From an uncultured Verrucomicrobiae bacterium (GTDB taxonomy: Bacteria > Verrucomicrobiota > Verrucomicrobiia > Chthoniobacterales > Chthoniobacteraceae), in contig CAVYKI010000006.1 of the NCBI GenBank assembly GCA_963769025.1, positions 1-64,000 on the forward strand: DNA of 64,000 bases. Reading direction: 5' to 3'. Positions within the stretch are counted from its first letter, which is position 1; the number at the start of each line of letters is the position of its first letter. Of the stretch, positions 40,639 to 53,618 are shown one piece after another. Under the pieces are notes generated by a model, which saw only the letters and a program-made list of their open reading frames with translations, was not told the origin of the DNA and did not search any database. Both the position numbers and the translations under genes were made by a program.

Positions 40639-43444
40639 TCAGACCCAATTGATGTCGCGGTGCTCGATCCCCGCGAAATTTTCGAGGCTGATCAGCAGCG
40701 CGCGCATCGCCCGTACGAACTCGTCGGCTTCGTCCTTGATCGCATCGACCTTCCCGGCGCGCGCGGTCATCTCGAGCATTTTTGCCGCGCCCCACGCGTC
40801 GGTGGCGTTGAATGCGCCGACCATTCCCTTGAATGCGTGCGCCGCCTTCGCGATGGCGTCGGTGTCGCCGTTCTGGATACCCTGGGCGAGATCGGCGAGG
40901 AGCCGCGGTGCGTCATTTTCGCGGCAGAGGATGATGACTTCGCCGAGCATGGCCTTGTCGCCGCCGAGGTTGTCCATCAGCGCATCGGGGTCAAAGAGCG
41001 GGCGTATCGGCGCAGCGGCCGGCGGGGGTGTCGCGGGAGCTGCCTTCGCGGCGGCTGGCGGCTGAATCGGCGTGGCGGGCTCGGGCGCGACGCTGCGGAT
41101 CGGCGCCGGGAGCGGAGCGGGTGCCGGGGCTGGAGCTTTCACTTCCGGTGCGGCTGGCCGCGGGTTCAAGCGGGGATCCGGCATCGGCGCGCGTTCCTGC
41201 TGGGACTGCGCCGTCGGCGCGGAAAAGACGGCGGACGTGGGATTGGTGGAAGCGTTCTTTGCCGCCTGCGCGGCGAGGAAGGCTTCACCGGTCGCACGGT
41301 CCACGAAAAGGTGCGGGATGAGCTGCGACATCGCGCCGATGAGCTCGGGCTGCCGCACGGGTTTGGAGACGTAGCCGTCCATGCCCGACTTCACGCACTC
41401 GTCGCGGACGCCCTTCAGGACGTTCGCGCTCAGCGCGAGGATCGGCGTGCGCGTGATGCCGCGCATTTTCTCCAGCTTGCGGATCGAGGCGGATGCCTCG
41501 AAGCCGCTCAGCCTCGGCATTTGCAGATCCATGAGGATCAGGTCGAAGTCCTTTTCCTTGTACGCTTCCACGGCTTCGGCGCCGTCGTTCGCGAGGGTGA
41601 CCTTGTGGCCCCAGCCCTCGACGTTGAGCTTTGCGAGGCGCTGGTTGACGGCGTTGTCCTCGGCGATGAGCACCTCGAGCGGGCGCTGCTCCGGCACGTT
41701 GCCGTTCTTCGGCACGGACATTCCGGAGTCCTTCTTCTGATCCTCGAGCGCCTTCGCGACGGCCATGCGCAGCGAGCGCGCGGTGACGGGCTTGATGAGC
41801 GTGGCGCGGATGGCCGCGTGCTGGTAGCGATCCATCTCGCCGAGGCGCGTGGAGGAAACAAGGAGGACGACGCGCGTGGAGGCGAGTTCCGGGTAGGTGT
41901 CGATCGCGGATGCGAGCTTCACGCCGGGGCTCTCAGGCCGCACGGCATCGGCGACGAAGAGATCGTAGGGCTGGCCCTGCGCCTTGGCGCCGCGCAGCTC
42001 GCTGAGCGCGCTGGTCACGTCGCGCACGGTGCGCGCATGCATCTGCCAGTTGTTCAGCAATTCGGCGGTGATGCGCAGGCTGTTCGGATGCGCGTCGAGG
42101 ACGAGGACGCGCAGGCCGCGGAAAGCCGCCACGGTGACGTCCTCCTTCGGTTCCTCCGCGTGCCGGTAGGTGAATTTCGCCGTGAAGCGGAACACGCTGC
42201 CGCGGCCCACTTCGCTTTCCACCTTCACGTCGCCGCCCATCAGCTGCACGAGCTGCTGCGTGATGGCGAGGCCGAGGCCCGTGCCGCCGAAGCGCCGCGT
42301 GGTCGAATAGTCCGCCTGGTTGAACGCCTGGAAAATCGTCCCGACCCGATCGGCGGGAATGCCGATGCCGGTGTCGGTGATGCTGAACGCGAGCTCCGCG
42401 TTGCCATCCACCCAGCGCGAATTCTCGACGCGGACGATGATCTCGCCGCGCTCGGTGAACTTGAGCGAATTGCCGACGAGATTGACGATGACCTGGCGCA
42501 GGCGGTGCGGGTCGCCGACGACGATGTCCGGCACCTCGGGGCGGATGTGCAGCAGAAGTTCGATGCCCTTGTTCTGGGCGCGCGGCGCGAGCGTGGTCAC
42601 GGTCTCGCCGAGCAGTTCGCGGAGGCTGAATTCCGTGCGCTCCAGGTCCAGCTTGCCGGCTTCGATCTTGGAAAAATCGAGCACGTCATTCAGCAGCGCG
42701 AGCAGCGAGTCGGCGCACGAGTTGATCGTCTCGAGGTAGTCGCGCTGGCCGGGAGTCAGCTCCGTCTGGAGGGACAGCTCGGTCATGCCGATGATGCCGT
42801 TCACCGGCGTGCGGATCTCGTGGCTCATCACGGCGAGGAATTCGCGCTTGGCGATGTTCGCCTCGCCGGCCTTGAACGCGAAGGATTTCACCTGCTCGCT
42901 CGCCTTTTCGAGCTGCTCGTTCATGCTGAGCAGGTCGCGGTTGTTCATCATCAGCCGCTCGCGATCGCGCCGGCTCACATCGACGACGCGGCTGAAAGCC
43001 TCGGCCAGTTCGCCGATTTCGTCGCTCGCGTGCGGGGAAGGCCAGATCCTCGCGTTTTCCCTCCGCGACCAGCGCGGCCTGCAGCGAGAGTTCGCGAATC
43101 GAGCGGGTCGTCCCGAGCACCATCTGGATCGCGACGAAAACGCCGCCGACAAGCCCGGCGCCGCCGCCGAGGAGCAGAAGTTGGGATGTCCTTTCGGAAA
43201 GGTCGGCGTAGCGCATTCCGAACGCTGCGACCGCGATCACGACATTCGGGATGATGAGCGCGAGCGCCGCGAGGAGCAGCCGTTGCCGCACGCCCAGGCG
43301 TACGCCCACACTTTCGCGGACGTCGTCGGCGGGACGCGGCGCGATCGCGGGAAGAAGGTCGTCCGGTGAGAACGAGTTCTTCCGGCGGTTCTTGGCCAGC
43401 TGGGGTTGTGGTTGGCTTGGCAGGACTACGGTGGGCACAGCCAT
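40639..43444 (-). CDS. Hybrid sensor kinase (2 TM, HAMP, HisKA, HATPase, 2 REC, Hpt; frameshifted)
   Basis: [34 protein letters not shown]. Confidence 0.92.
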
Positions 43445-43570
43445 CCTGCAAAAGCAAACGGCGCGCCACATTTGCGCGTGAGGCCGCCCCTGATGCACTC
43501 CCTCGGGGCGAAACATCCGCTTTGCGAATCGCAGCCGCGTCCCTATCGTGCGCGTCCAGTCTGACACCTC

Positions 43571-44969
43571 ATGCCCAATCCTCCTGAAAAGCCGGCGACG
43601 CCCGGCGCGGTCCTGCTCATCGGCAATTACACCCAGGCGTCGCAACGCCACGAGGCCGCGAGCCTGCTGGAGGAACTGGCCGACCTCGTGAAGACGCTCG
43701 GCCTCCCGATCGCGGCCTGCGAACTCGTTCAGCACCGCGAGATGCACGCTCGATATCTCATCGGCAGCGGAAAGGCGGAGGCGATCGCGGAACGGGCGAA
43801 GGCGGAGAAACTCGGGGGCATCGTCTTCGATCACGATCTGTCGCCGAGCCAGCAGCGGAACTGGGAGGAACTCGCCGGCATGCCGGTCATCGACCGGCAA
43901 AAGGTGATCCTCGATATTTTCGCCCGCCGCGCCCGGACCCGCGAGGCGCGGCTGCAGATCGAGCTCGCGCAGATCGAATACGCGCTGCCGCGGCTCACCG
44001 GCGCGTGGACCCACCTCGGCGGCCGCATGGGCGGCATCGGCGGAAAGGGCGAGGGCGAGAGCCAGCTCGAGCAGGATCGCCGCCGCATGGGCCGCACGGT
44101 CGCGCAGCTCAAGCGCGAACTGGTCGAGGTGCAGAGCGCGCGCGCCACGCAGCGGAAGGATCGCCAGCGCACGCCGGTGCCGAATTGCGCCATCGTCGGC
44201 TACACGAACTCCGGCAAATCCTCACTGCTCCGTCGGCTGACCGGCGCGGATGTGCTCGTCGAGGACAAGCTCTTCGCGACGCTCGACACGACGACGCGGA
44301 AGGTCGCGCTGCCCTCGAAGCAGCCGCTGCTGCTCACCGACACCGTCGGCTTCGTCCGCAAGCTTCCGCACCGGCTTGTCGAGGCGTTCAAGGCCACGCT
44401 CGAAGAGGCGGTGCAGGCGGATTTTCTCATCCATCTGCTCGACGCGAGCGCGCCCGAGGTCATCGAGTTTCACCAGACGACGCTCGACGTGCTGCACGAA
44501 CTCGGTGCCGGCTCGCAGCCGGTGATCACGGTCTTCAACAAGGTGGACAAGGTCGCCGACCCGGCGACGATCCACCGCCTGCGCGTGCATTTTCCCGAGG
44601 CGCTCTTCATCTCCGTCCACACGGGCGAGGGGATTCCCGTGCTGCTGGAAAGAATGACCGAACTCGCCGCGCCCGGCACCGTCACGCGTGAGTTGCGGAT
44701 TCCCGTCCGCCGAGGCCAGCCTGCTCGCGCGGCTGCACCGCGAGGCGCAGGTGCATGAAATCACCTACGACGGCGGCGATTCGCTGGTGACCGTCACGCT
44801 TTCCAAGCGTTTCGCCGAGGAGTGCGCGCGGTTTGTCCAGCAGCCCACGCCCGCGGCCAAATCCCGCAAGAAATCCGCGGGCGATAACGTTTTTCGGGAC
44901 ATTGGGCCCGGAAAAAGCTATCGCAAAGCTGCGTCCACCAAAATGCGTAAAGCCCAACCACGCGCATGA
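43571..44969 (+). CDS. hflX: GTPase HflX (frameshift near the 3' end)
   Basis: ILDIFARRA, GYTNSGKSS, LFATLD, DTVGF, NKVD. Confidence 0.95.
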
Positions 44970-47900
44970 GTTTCCTCGACCGTTTCAAGCGAAAGCCGAA
45001 TCCGGAGGAACCCGTCGCGCCCATTCCGGAGCAGAAAAAAACCGAGCCCGCGAAGAGCCCCGCCCCTACGAAAGGCTCCGCTGCCGGCCAGCCGGCTGCC
45101 CAGAAGACTCCGCCGGCCGCGGATGAGGTCCGCCTCGAACTTGGTGACTTCCTTCACCGCATCCCTGCGCAGCTCCTCCTGCCCGGGCCGCACGATCTGA
45201 AGACCGAGCTGAGGTTCGACATCCCCGAACTTTCGCAACGGATTGCGAGGGGCGAGACCATGCTCAACCTCGCTGAGATTTACCGCAGGTTGCCGCAGAT
45301 TTTCCGCTCCGAGGTGCTCGAGGGCGACAATGTCGAGATCCGCTTCCCTTGGCAGAAAATCGCGAAGCTCGTGACCAACGTGAAGAGCACCTCCGGCGGT
45401 GCCGTGACCGAGCAGCCTTCCGCCGAGGGCGCCGGACCCGCGCTCGCGGAGAAGCTTCGCGCGAACAAGCCGGCCAAGCCGGGCGCGAAGACCGGGAAAG
45501 ATGCGCCCGCTGCTCCGCCGCCTGCGCCTGCGGGCCCGGTGCTGCCGGGACGCGGAGGCGCGGGGCAGGCCTCGTGGTTCTCGCGGACCGGAACTGACAA
45601 GCCATTGGAAAAGTCGCCGCAGTTTCCCGCACAAAAACCGGCCGCGCCGGATGCGGGAGCGACGCCTGCACCTGCCGCAGCAGCGGCAAAGCCAGCCGAG
45701 CCAGCGCTCCGCCTCACGCCGGCGGCGGCTCCTGCCGAGAAGCCCGCGGCAACCAAGGACGATTTGCAGCTCAGCGATCTGCCCGAGGACATCCAGCGCC
45801 GGGTGGCGGTGATCCGCGGCGATTACGAGCGGCAGCTCGCGGATCTGGAAAAGCAGCGCAAGGCGCTGGCCGAGGCGCGCGACCGCTCCGCGGAGGAGGC
45901 GGAGAATTTGCGCAGGGATCTCGAGAATGCCGTGAACCAGGTCGCGGAGGGCAACACCGCCGTGTCCATTCGCGCCGACCTCGCAGGCCGCGCGAACAAG
46001 GAGCGCGAGAAGATGCAGGAGGAGCTGAAGGCGAAGCACGACGAGATCGATCGGCTCAAGGGCGAGCTCGCGAAATTTGAAAGCGCCCCGCAGGCCCCCG
46101 TGGTGGCGCCGGGCGCGCGCACGAAAGGCGGGTCCGATCGCGCGGTGGAGGAACTCAACCGCCGCATCAAGGCCCTCGAGCAAACCCAGAAGCAGACCGC
46201 GCTGGAACTCGCACGCGAAAAGGAAGCGCGTTCGAAGGCGGAAAAATTTCTCGCCTCCGCCGACAAGCGGCAGGAGGACACCGCGAACTACATGGAGTCC
46301 GCGAAGCAGGAGATGCGGAAGGAGATCGAGGCGAGCGTCAAGCAGCGCGAAGCCGACATGCGCAAGGCGCTGAAGGATCTCCAGACGGAGGTGGACGCGC
46401 TCCAGGAACACAACGAGACCGTCAACAAGGACCTTGAGGCGGCCCGCCTGCGCGCCGCGCAACTCGAAGTGAAATTTGCCGACGCATCCGCGCCGGTGGA
46501 GCAGACGGCGGCGCTCCACGCCCAGACGGTGGAGCGGCTGGAGAAGGAAATCGAAGGCTACCGCGATCGCCTGAAGCTGCTCGTGCAGGAGCGCGATGCC
46601 GCCCGCGTGGAAAAGGAAAAGGCCGGTCGGGAAGTGCAGGCGAAGATCGACGCGGAGGCGAAGCAGGCCAAGGAGCGCGAGAAGGAGCGGGCCGCGGCCG
46701 AAAAACGGATCGAGGAAGCCGCGGCGCGTGTCGCATCGCTCGAGCAGCTCGCAAAGGCGAAGGATGGGGAGATTCGCGAGCTTCAGGGTGCGATCAAACA
46801 GCGCGACGCGGCCGGCAACCAGCTTGCCGAGCTGCGCGGGCAATACGACGCGCTGCAGGCGCAGCATGCGGAGGCTCATTCGCAGTTCACCCGCGAGCGC
46901 GAGGCGATCCTCCAGGAGCGGCAGCAGCTCGCGGGAACGCTGCGCGAGCAGACCGCCTCGCTCGAGCAGCAGCTCAAGGCGCTCGTCGTCGAGCGCGATC
47001 GCCTGCGCGGCGAGATGGAAGCCGGCAGCGTCCGTTTCAACACCGAGATCACGGGGCGCGAGCAGCTCGCGGCGAAGATCCAGGCGGAGCACGCCGCGGC
47101 GATCCATGCGCGCGACACGCTCACGAAGCAGCTCGCCGAGTCCGAGCGCGCATTCAAGGATTTGCAAAAGCAGAACGCCCGTCTCGCAAAAGCGGGTCAG
47201 GGGCTGCTGGCGGACCCGGTTCTGAAATCGGAGCTCGACCAGCTCCGCAAGCAGCTCGCCGCCGCCAACGAAGCCGAAAAGGTCGCGGCGGAGGCGCAGC
47301 AGGCGGCGGAATCCGAACTCGCGCGTCTTCGCGAGGAGCGCCAGAACGCGCTGGCCGGCGTGGCCGAGGAGCGAGCCACCTCCGAACGCCTCGAAGGCCA
47401 GATGGCGAAGGTGCAGGCCGAACTTGCGAAGCTGCGGAACAAGCTCGACAACGTGACGCGCGAGCGCGACGAGGCCGAGACGGAGATGCAGCGGGTGGCC
47501 ATTGCGCTTGCAGCGCTGGAGAAATCCGGAAAACAGGACATCACCAAGCTCACTGCGGAACGCGACGCGGCGCGGAAGGAAAAGGATCTGATCGCGGAAC
47601 AGCTCGCCGAGGCACGCGCGCACCACGAGCATCTGAGCGGATCGCTGGACAGCACGCGCCTGTCGCTGGTCACCGAGGTCGAGAAAACGCAGGACAAGCT
47701 CGCGAACTGTGCAGCGCCTGCATGAGCAGACGGAATCCCAGCTCGCCGCGGAGCGCGAGGAGCACGCGGAGAAACTGGCGGCGCTCCAGACGAAGCACGG
47801 GCAGTCGCAGGAAAGTTTTTCCTCGGAGCTCGAGAAAATCCGCAAGGAGCTCGCGGGCGCGTACGCGAAGATCGCGTCGAGCGAACAGACCCTTTCGGAC

Positions 47901-50900
47901 ACGACCCGCTCGGCCAATCAGGAGCGTGCGGCGCTGTTGAAGGAGAAGGCGGAAATCGAGCGGCGTGTCGCGGAACTCCAGAAGGCGATGACGGAGGCCG
48001 GACGCAGGGCCGGCGAGCAGGAAAAGGTGCTGAGGGCCGCCGTGGAGGAGATGGAACAGCGTCTGGCAAACACGGAGCGCACCCTTTCCGAGGCAAGGCG
48101 TGCGTCGGACGCGGAGCGGGCCGCGCAGGCGAAGGCGAAGGCCGAACTCGAGCGCCAGTTGGCCGAGACGCAGGGTGCCTTCGAGGAGGCGCAGCACGCG
48201 GCGCAGAGCCAGCACGCATCGCTTTCTTCCGAGCGGGATGAACTCCTCACCCGGCTGGAGTCCACGCTCCGCGCGCTGGAGGAGACGAAGCATTCCGCCG
48301 ATCAGGAAAATTTTGTCCTTTCGCAGCAGCGGGGCGAACTCGAGCGCAAGCTCGCCGAGGCGGAGGCCGCCCACGCGGAGGCCGTCCGCGCTGCCGACGA
48401 GGAGATGGCCGGGATCATCGAGGCGAAGGAGGAGCTGGAAGTGCGGCTCCTCGAGACGAACCAGACGATCGAGCACGAGCGCCACGCCGCCGAAGCCGCG
48501 AAGGCGGAACTCGAGCGCAAGCTCACGGCACTGACCGAAGCCTCGGCCGAGGTAAAGCGCGTCGCCGCCGAGGAACACGCAGCGCTTCAGGCGAACCTTC
48601 AGGATGTCCTCAAGACGCTCGACGAATCCCGTCGTGCCGCGCAGGAGGCGCAGAACGCCATCACCGCCGAGAAGGCCGAATTCGAGAGGCGGCTTGCGGA
48701 AACCGAGAAGGCGCTGGCCGAGGCCAAGCGGCAATCGGCGGAGGAATACGCGTCACTTTCCAAGAAGCACGATGAACTGAAGGCGAACCTCCAGGAGGTC
48801 ACCGCCGCTTTTGATGAAGCGCGCCGCACCGCGCGGGAGGAGCAGGCCGCGATGGCCGCGGAGAAGGCCGAGCTTACGCGGCGGCTCGCGGAGACCGAAA
48901 AAGAGCTGGCCGAGACCACGAGAGAGTCGGCTGAGAAGTATGCGGCGCTTTTCAAGAAGCACGAGGAGCTGGCGGGCAATCTGCAGTACGTCACGGAGGC
49001 GTTTGAGGAATCCCGGCGCAACGCGGAGAAGGCGCAGAGTGCCCTTGTCGCGGAAAAGGCCGCTCTCGAGAAGCGAGTGATCGAGGGTGAAAGCCTGCTG
49101 GCCGAGACGAAGCGGGTCGCGGGCGAGGAGTACGACGCGCTTTCCAAGGCGAAGAAGGAGCTGCAGGAACGGCTCGCGGAGAGCGTCCAGAGCCTCGTGG
49201 AAATCCGGCGGGCCGCGGCCGAGGAAGTCACCGCGCTGAATCACGCGAAGGCCGAGCTCGAGCACCGTCTTGCGGATGTCGAAAAGGCATTCGCGGAGGC
49301 GCAGCTCGCGGCTTCGGAAAAATACGAGGCGATCGCGGCGGAAAAGGCCGCGATTGAAGCGCGTTTCGAACAGACCGAGAAGGCGCTGACGGAATTGCGT
49401 GCGGAATCGACGCAGACGCAGGAAAGCCTGTCATCCGCGAAGGCCGGGCTGGAGCAGGCGCTCGCGGAAGCGCAACGCAAGGCTGCGGAGGAACGGAAGA
49501 CTTTTGAGGGGCTGAAGGCCGCGCTGCAGGGGCGGCTCGCCGAGCAGGAACATTCGCTGCAGGAGCTGAATGCGACCACGCGGCACGAAATCAACCAGCT
49601 CGCCGCGGAGAAGGCGGAACTGGAGCGTCACCTCGCCTCGACCGAGCAGACGCTCGCCGACACGCGGCTGACGACGGACAAGGAACACGCCGCGCTGGCC
49701 GCGACGAAGGGCCAGCTCGAAGAGCAGCTCGGCGAGACGGAGCGGACGCTGGCGGATGTCCGCAGGAGTGCGGCCGAGGAACACGGTGCGCTCACGGCGG
49801 CGAGGGACGGATTCCAGCGCAAGCTCGCGGAGACCGAGCACGCCCTCGCGGAGGCGCAGCGGCTGGCCGCCGATGAGCACACGGCGCTCGTCGCGGCGAA
49901 GGAAGATTTGCAGCACCGGCTCACCGCGACGGAGAGCAGCCTCATCGAGGCCCGCCGTCTCGCGGCGGAGCAGCATGGGACGCTTTCCGCGGAGCGGGAC
50001 GAATTGCAACGGCGGCTGGGGGAAACGGAAATCGCACTCGCGGCGGTCCGCGGGGAAATGGCGGCCGCGATGCGGGCAGCGGAAGAGCGGCATTCGCAGA
50101 TCGCGGGCGAAAAGGCGGATCTCGAGCAACGTCTCGCGGCCTCCGCTCAATTGCTCACGGACACGCGGCAGGCGTCGGAACAGGAGCACGCGGCGCTGGT
50201 GGCAGCGAGGGATGCCTTGCAGCGCCGGTTCAGCGAGACCGAGAGCGACCTCGCCGAGGTGCGACGTCTCGCGACGGAGGAACACGGCGCGCTTTCCGCG
50301 CAGAGGGACGCCCTGCAGCGGCGCATCGGCGAGATGGAGATCACGCTCGTCGAGGCGAACCGTGACGCCACAGAGCATCAGGCGACGCTTGCAGCCAGGG
50401 TGGGCGAACTTCAGTCCCAGCTCGCGGCGAGCCGGCATGAACTCTCGGTGGCGAGGCAGTCCACCGGCGCTGAGATCACCGCGCTTGGGGCGGCAAAGTC
50501 GGATTTGGAAAAGAACCTCGCGCAAGTCCGCGAGGAGATGGCGAACTCGGCGCGGGCGATGGATGAGCGGAACGCGCTCCTCGCGGCCGAAAAGACGGAC
50601 CTCGAGCAGCGACTCGCTGCGACGACGCAAGTGCTCGCGGAAACTCGGCAGGCATCGGAAAGCGGACACGCGGCGTTGGTGGCGGTCAGGGACGAATTGC
50701 AGCGCCGGCTGGGCGAAACCGAGGGCAGGCTCGCCGATGCGCACCGGGCCGCTGCGGAGCAAAAGGCGACATTCGAAGGCAAGGCTGGCGAGCTCGAGTC
50801 GCAGCTTGCAGCGAGCAGGGCGGAACTTTCCGGAACCCAGCACGCGCTCGGCGGGGAGATCGCGGAACTGTCGGCGGCAAAGACAGGATTGGAGAGGACG

Positions 50901-53618
50901 CTACAGCAGGTTCGCGATGAGATCGCGCTCTCGGGCCGCGAGATGGATGAACGGTATTCGCAGCTCGCGGAAGCGAAGGCGGGCATCGAGCAGGCGCTCG
51001 CCGCGGCGGAGCGGAAGGCCGCGGAGGATCGCAAGGGATTCGACGGGCTGAAGGCCGCGCTGCAGCGCCGTCTCGCCGACCACGAGGAGTCGCTGAACGA
51101 ACTCACGGAGATCACGAGGAGCGAAATCAATCAGCTTTCCGCGCAAAGGGCGGAACTCGAAACGCGCCTGGCTTCCACGGAGCAGTTGCTCGCCGACACG
51201 AGGCTGACAACCGGCGCGGAGCAATCCGCCCTGGCCGCCACGAAGGGTGAACTGGAGACGCGCCTTGCCGAGACGGAGCGGACGCTGGCCGAGGTCCGCA
51301 GGAGCGCGGCGGAGGAACGTGGCGCCATTTCCGCGCAGCGGGATGAACTGCAGCGGCGGATCGGCGAACTGGAGGGCGCCGTCGCCGAGTCGAACCGGAT
51401 CGCAGCGGAGCAACGGGCCAAGCTCGAAGGCACGACTCGCGAACTCGAGGCGCAGGTCGAGTCTGGCCGTCAGGAACTCGTCGCGGCGAGAGACGCACTC
51501 GGCGGGGAAATTTCCGCGCTCAGCGCGGCAAAGGCGGATCTGGAGAAGAGCCTCGCGCAGGTCCGCGATGAGCTGGCGCTTTCCGGGCGCGGGATGGACG
51601 AGCAAAATTCGCAGCTCACGGAAGCGAAGAACGCGATCGAGCAGCGGCTCGCGGAGACAAGCCGGACGCTGGCCGAGACGCAGCAGGCGCTCGAAGCGAC
51701 GCGCGGGGAGCTGGCGGATTCGCGGCGGCAGATCGACGAGGGACAGGCGCGGCTCACGGCGGTGAGGACGGAATTCCAGCGGCGGCTGGCCGATGCCGAG
51801 CACACGCTCACGGACCTGAACCGTTCCGCTCGGGAGGAAATCGCGGCGCTCGTGGCATCGAAGGAGGAGCTCGAGATCCGCCTCACGGAAGCCAGCCTCG
51901 CGATAGGGAATGCACAGGTGGCTGCGGACAGGGAACGCGCGTCCTTGGTCGCGGAAACGGAATCGCTGCATCGCAATCTTGCAGAATTGCAGGAGGCGCT
52001 CGCCACGACGCAGCAGACCGCGACCGGCCGGACTTCCGAGCTGACGGCGACGAAGGGCGAACTGGAAACGCGACTCGCGGCGTTGCAGAGCGCGTTCGAT
52101 GCTTCCAGGCAGAGTTTTGCCATGGAGATTGCCGGGCTTGTCGCCGCTAAGTCGGAGCTCGAGCGAAATCTCGCGGAGTCGCACCAAGCGCTCGCGCAGG
52201 CGCAGATGGCAGGCGGCGCACACTCAGAACTAGAAAGCCGTCTGGCTGCGACAGGCGGGCAGCTTTCTGCGATGCAGCAGCGCCTGGAGGAAGCCACGCG
52301 TGCTGCTGAGGAGGAACGTGCCGCCTTTGCCACGCAAAAGTCCGCGCTCGAAGATCGCCTTCAGGGCGCGATCCTCACGCTCGAGGAAGTTCGCAAATCG
52401 GCTGCCGGTGCCCAGGCCGCGCTCGCCGCCGACCGGGACGGAATCCAGCGCCGGCTCATGGCCGCCGAGGAGACGCTTGCGGAACTTCGCAATTCGTCTG
52501 ACACCGGCCGGGCTACCCTCCTCGCTGAAAAGGCGGACATCGAATCGCAGCTCGCGCAGGCATTGCTCGCCACCGCCGAAGCGGAGGCCCGTCTGCAGGC
52601 TGCCGCCGGGGCCGAGTCCCTCACGGCAGCCGTCCGCGCGGAGCGGGACCGCGCCGTGGCGGCGCTCGATGAATCGCAGCGCAGTTTCCGTGAAACCATC
52701 GCCGCCAATGCGCGCGAGACGGAGCACCTTCGCATGGCAGCCGACAGCATCCGGGCCGAACTCCTCGTCTCGCGCAAGATGCAGGTGGAGGTCCTGACCA
52801 CGCTCGAAAAGGAACGCGAACGCACCGCCGCCGAGCGGGCCGAACTCGAGCGGAACCTCGCCGCGGTGGATGACGCCCGGCAGCAGCTTTCCGCGGCGCT
52901 GGCCGAGAGCGAGCGCTCCGTGAAGGACCTCGGCCAAAAGCTCGGCGAGGCGACCCGGAGCAACGGCCACACTGCCGAGCGGCAAAAGGCGGAACTGAAT
53001 GAGATGAGTGATGCCTTGGAAACGGCGCGCCACGAGGCCGAGCAGTTACGGATGAAATTTGGCGCGGCGCAGGATGACTTCATGCGCCGCCTGCTCGCGC
53101 TCGAGGATAAGATCAATCTGGTCAACGCCGACCGGCAGCGCGTCGCGGCCGAGGCCGAAGCCGAACGGCAGGCTCATGCGAAGGAGCTCGCCGCCGTGGC
53201 GGAAGAGGCGCGACTGGCCGCGGCCGTGCGTGATGAGGCGTTCGCAAAGGCGGAGGCCGAGCGTGTGCGCCAGGTGGAGCAGATTGCCCGCGAACTCGAA
53301 GAAGCCCGCAGTGACATCGCGGCGCTCGAGGAGGAAAACGCCGCTGCGAAGGCGGGCCGCGAGGCCGTCGCACGTCAGCGCGACGACCTCGCCCGGCGCA
53401 TCGCCCGCATCACGGACGAACAGAAGCGCATCCTTGATGACCTTTCCGAACCCGATCCTTCCGAAGCCGGTCAGCGTTCCGTGCGCCCGACCGTGGTGAA
53501 GCCGCACATCGTCGAGATGTCGGATTCGGATCTTCTGCCTTCGCAGAGGGAGCGCGTCATCAACCTGCCGCCGGCGCGGCCCGCGTCCATCGCACCCCCG
53601 AAGGTGCGGACAATCTAG
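44966..53618 (+). CDS. Giant cytoplasmic coiled-coil protein (~2,880 aa; one frameshift near 47710)
   Basis: ORFs 44966-47725 and 47709-53618 continue the same Ala/Glu-rich helical pattern; ATGA overlap with hflX. Confidence 0.8.

Noticed and set aside
21735..47917. Long antisense ORFs (21735-24782, 40582-43254, 44918-47917 and others)
   Set aside because: Shadow frames of high-GC genes with no recognisable motifs
44966..53618. Calling the coiled-coil protein SMC or a tape measure protein
   Set aside because: No Walker A/B, hinge or TM segments, and no phage structural genes nearby
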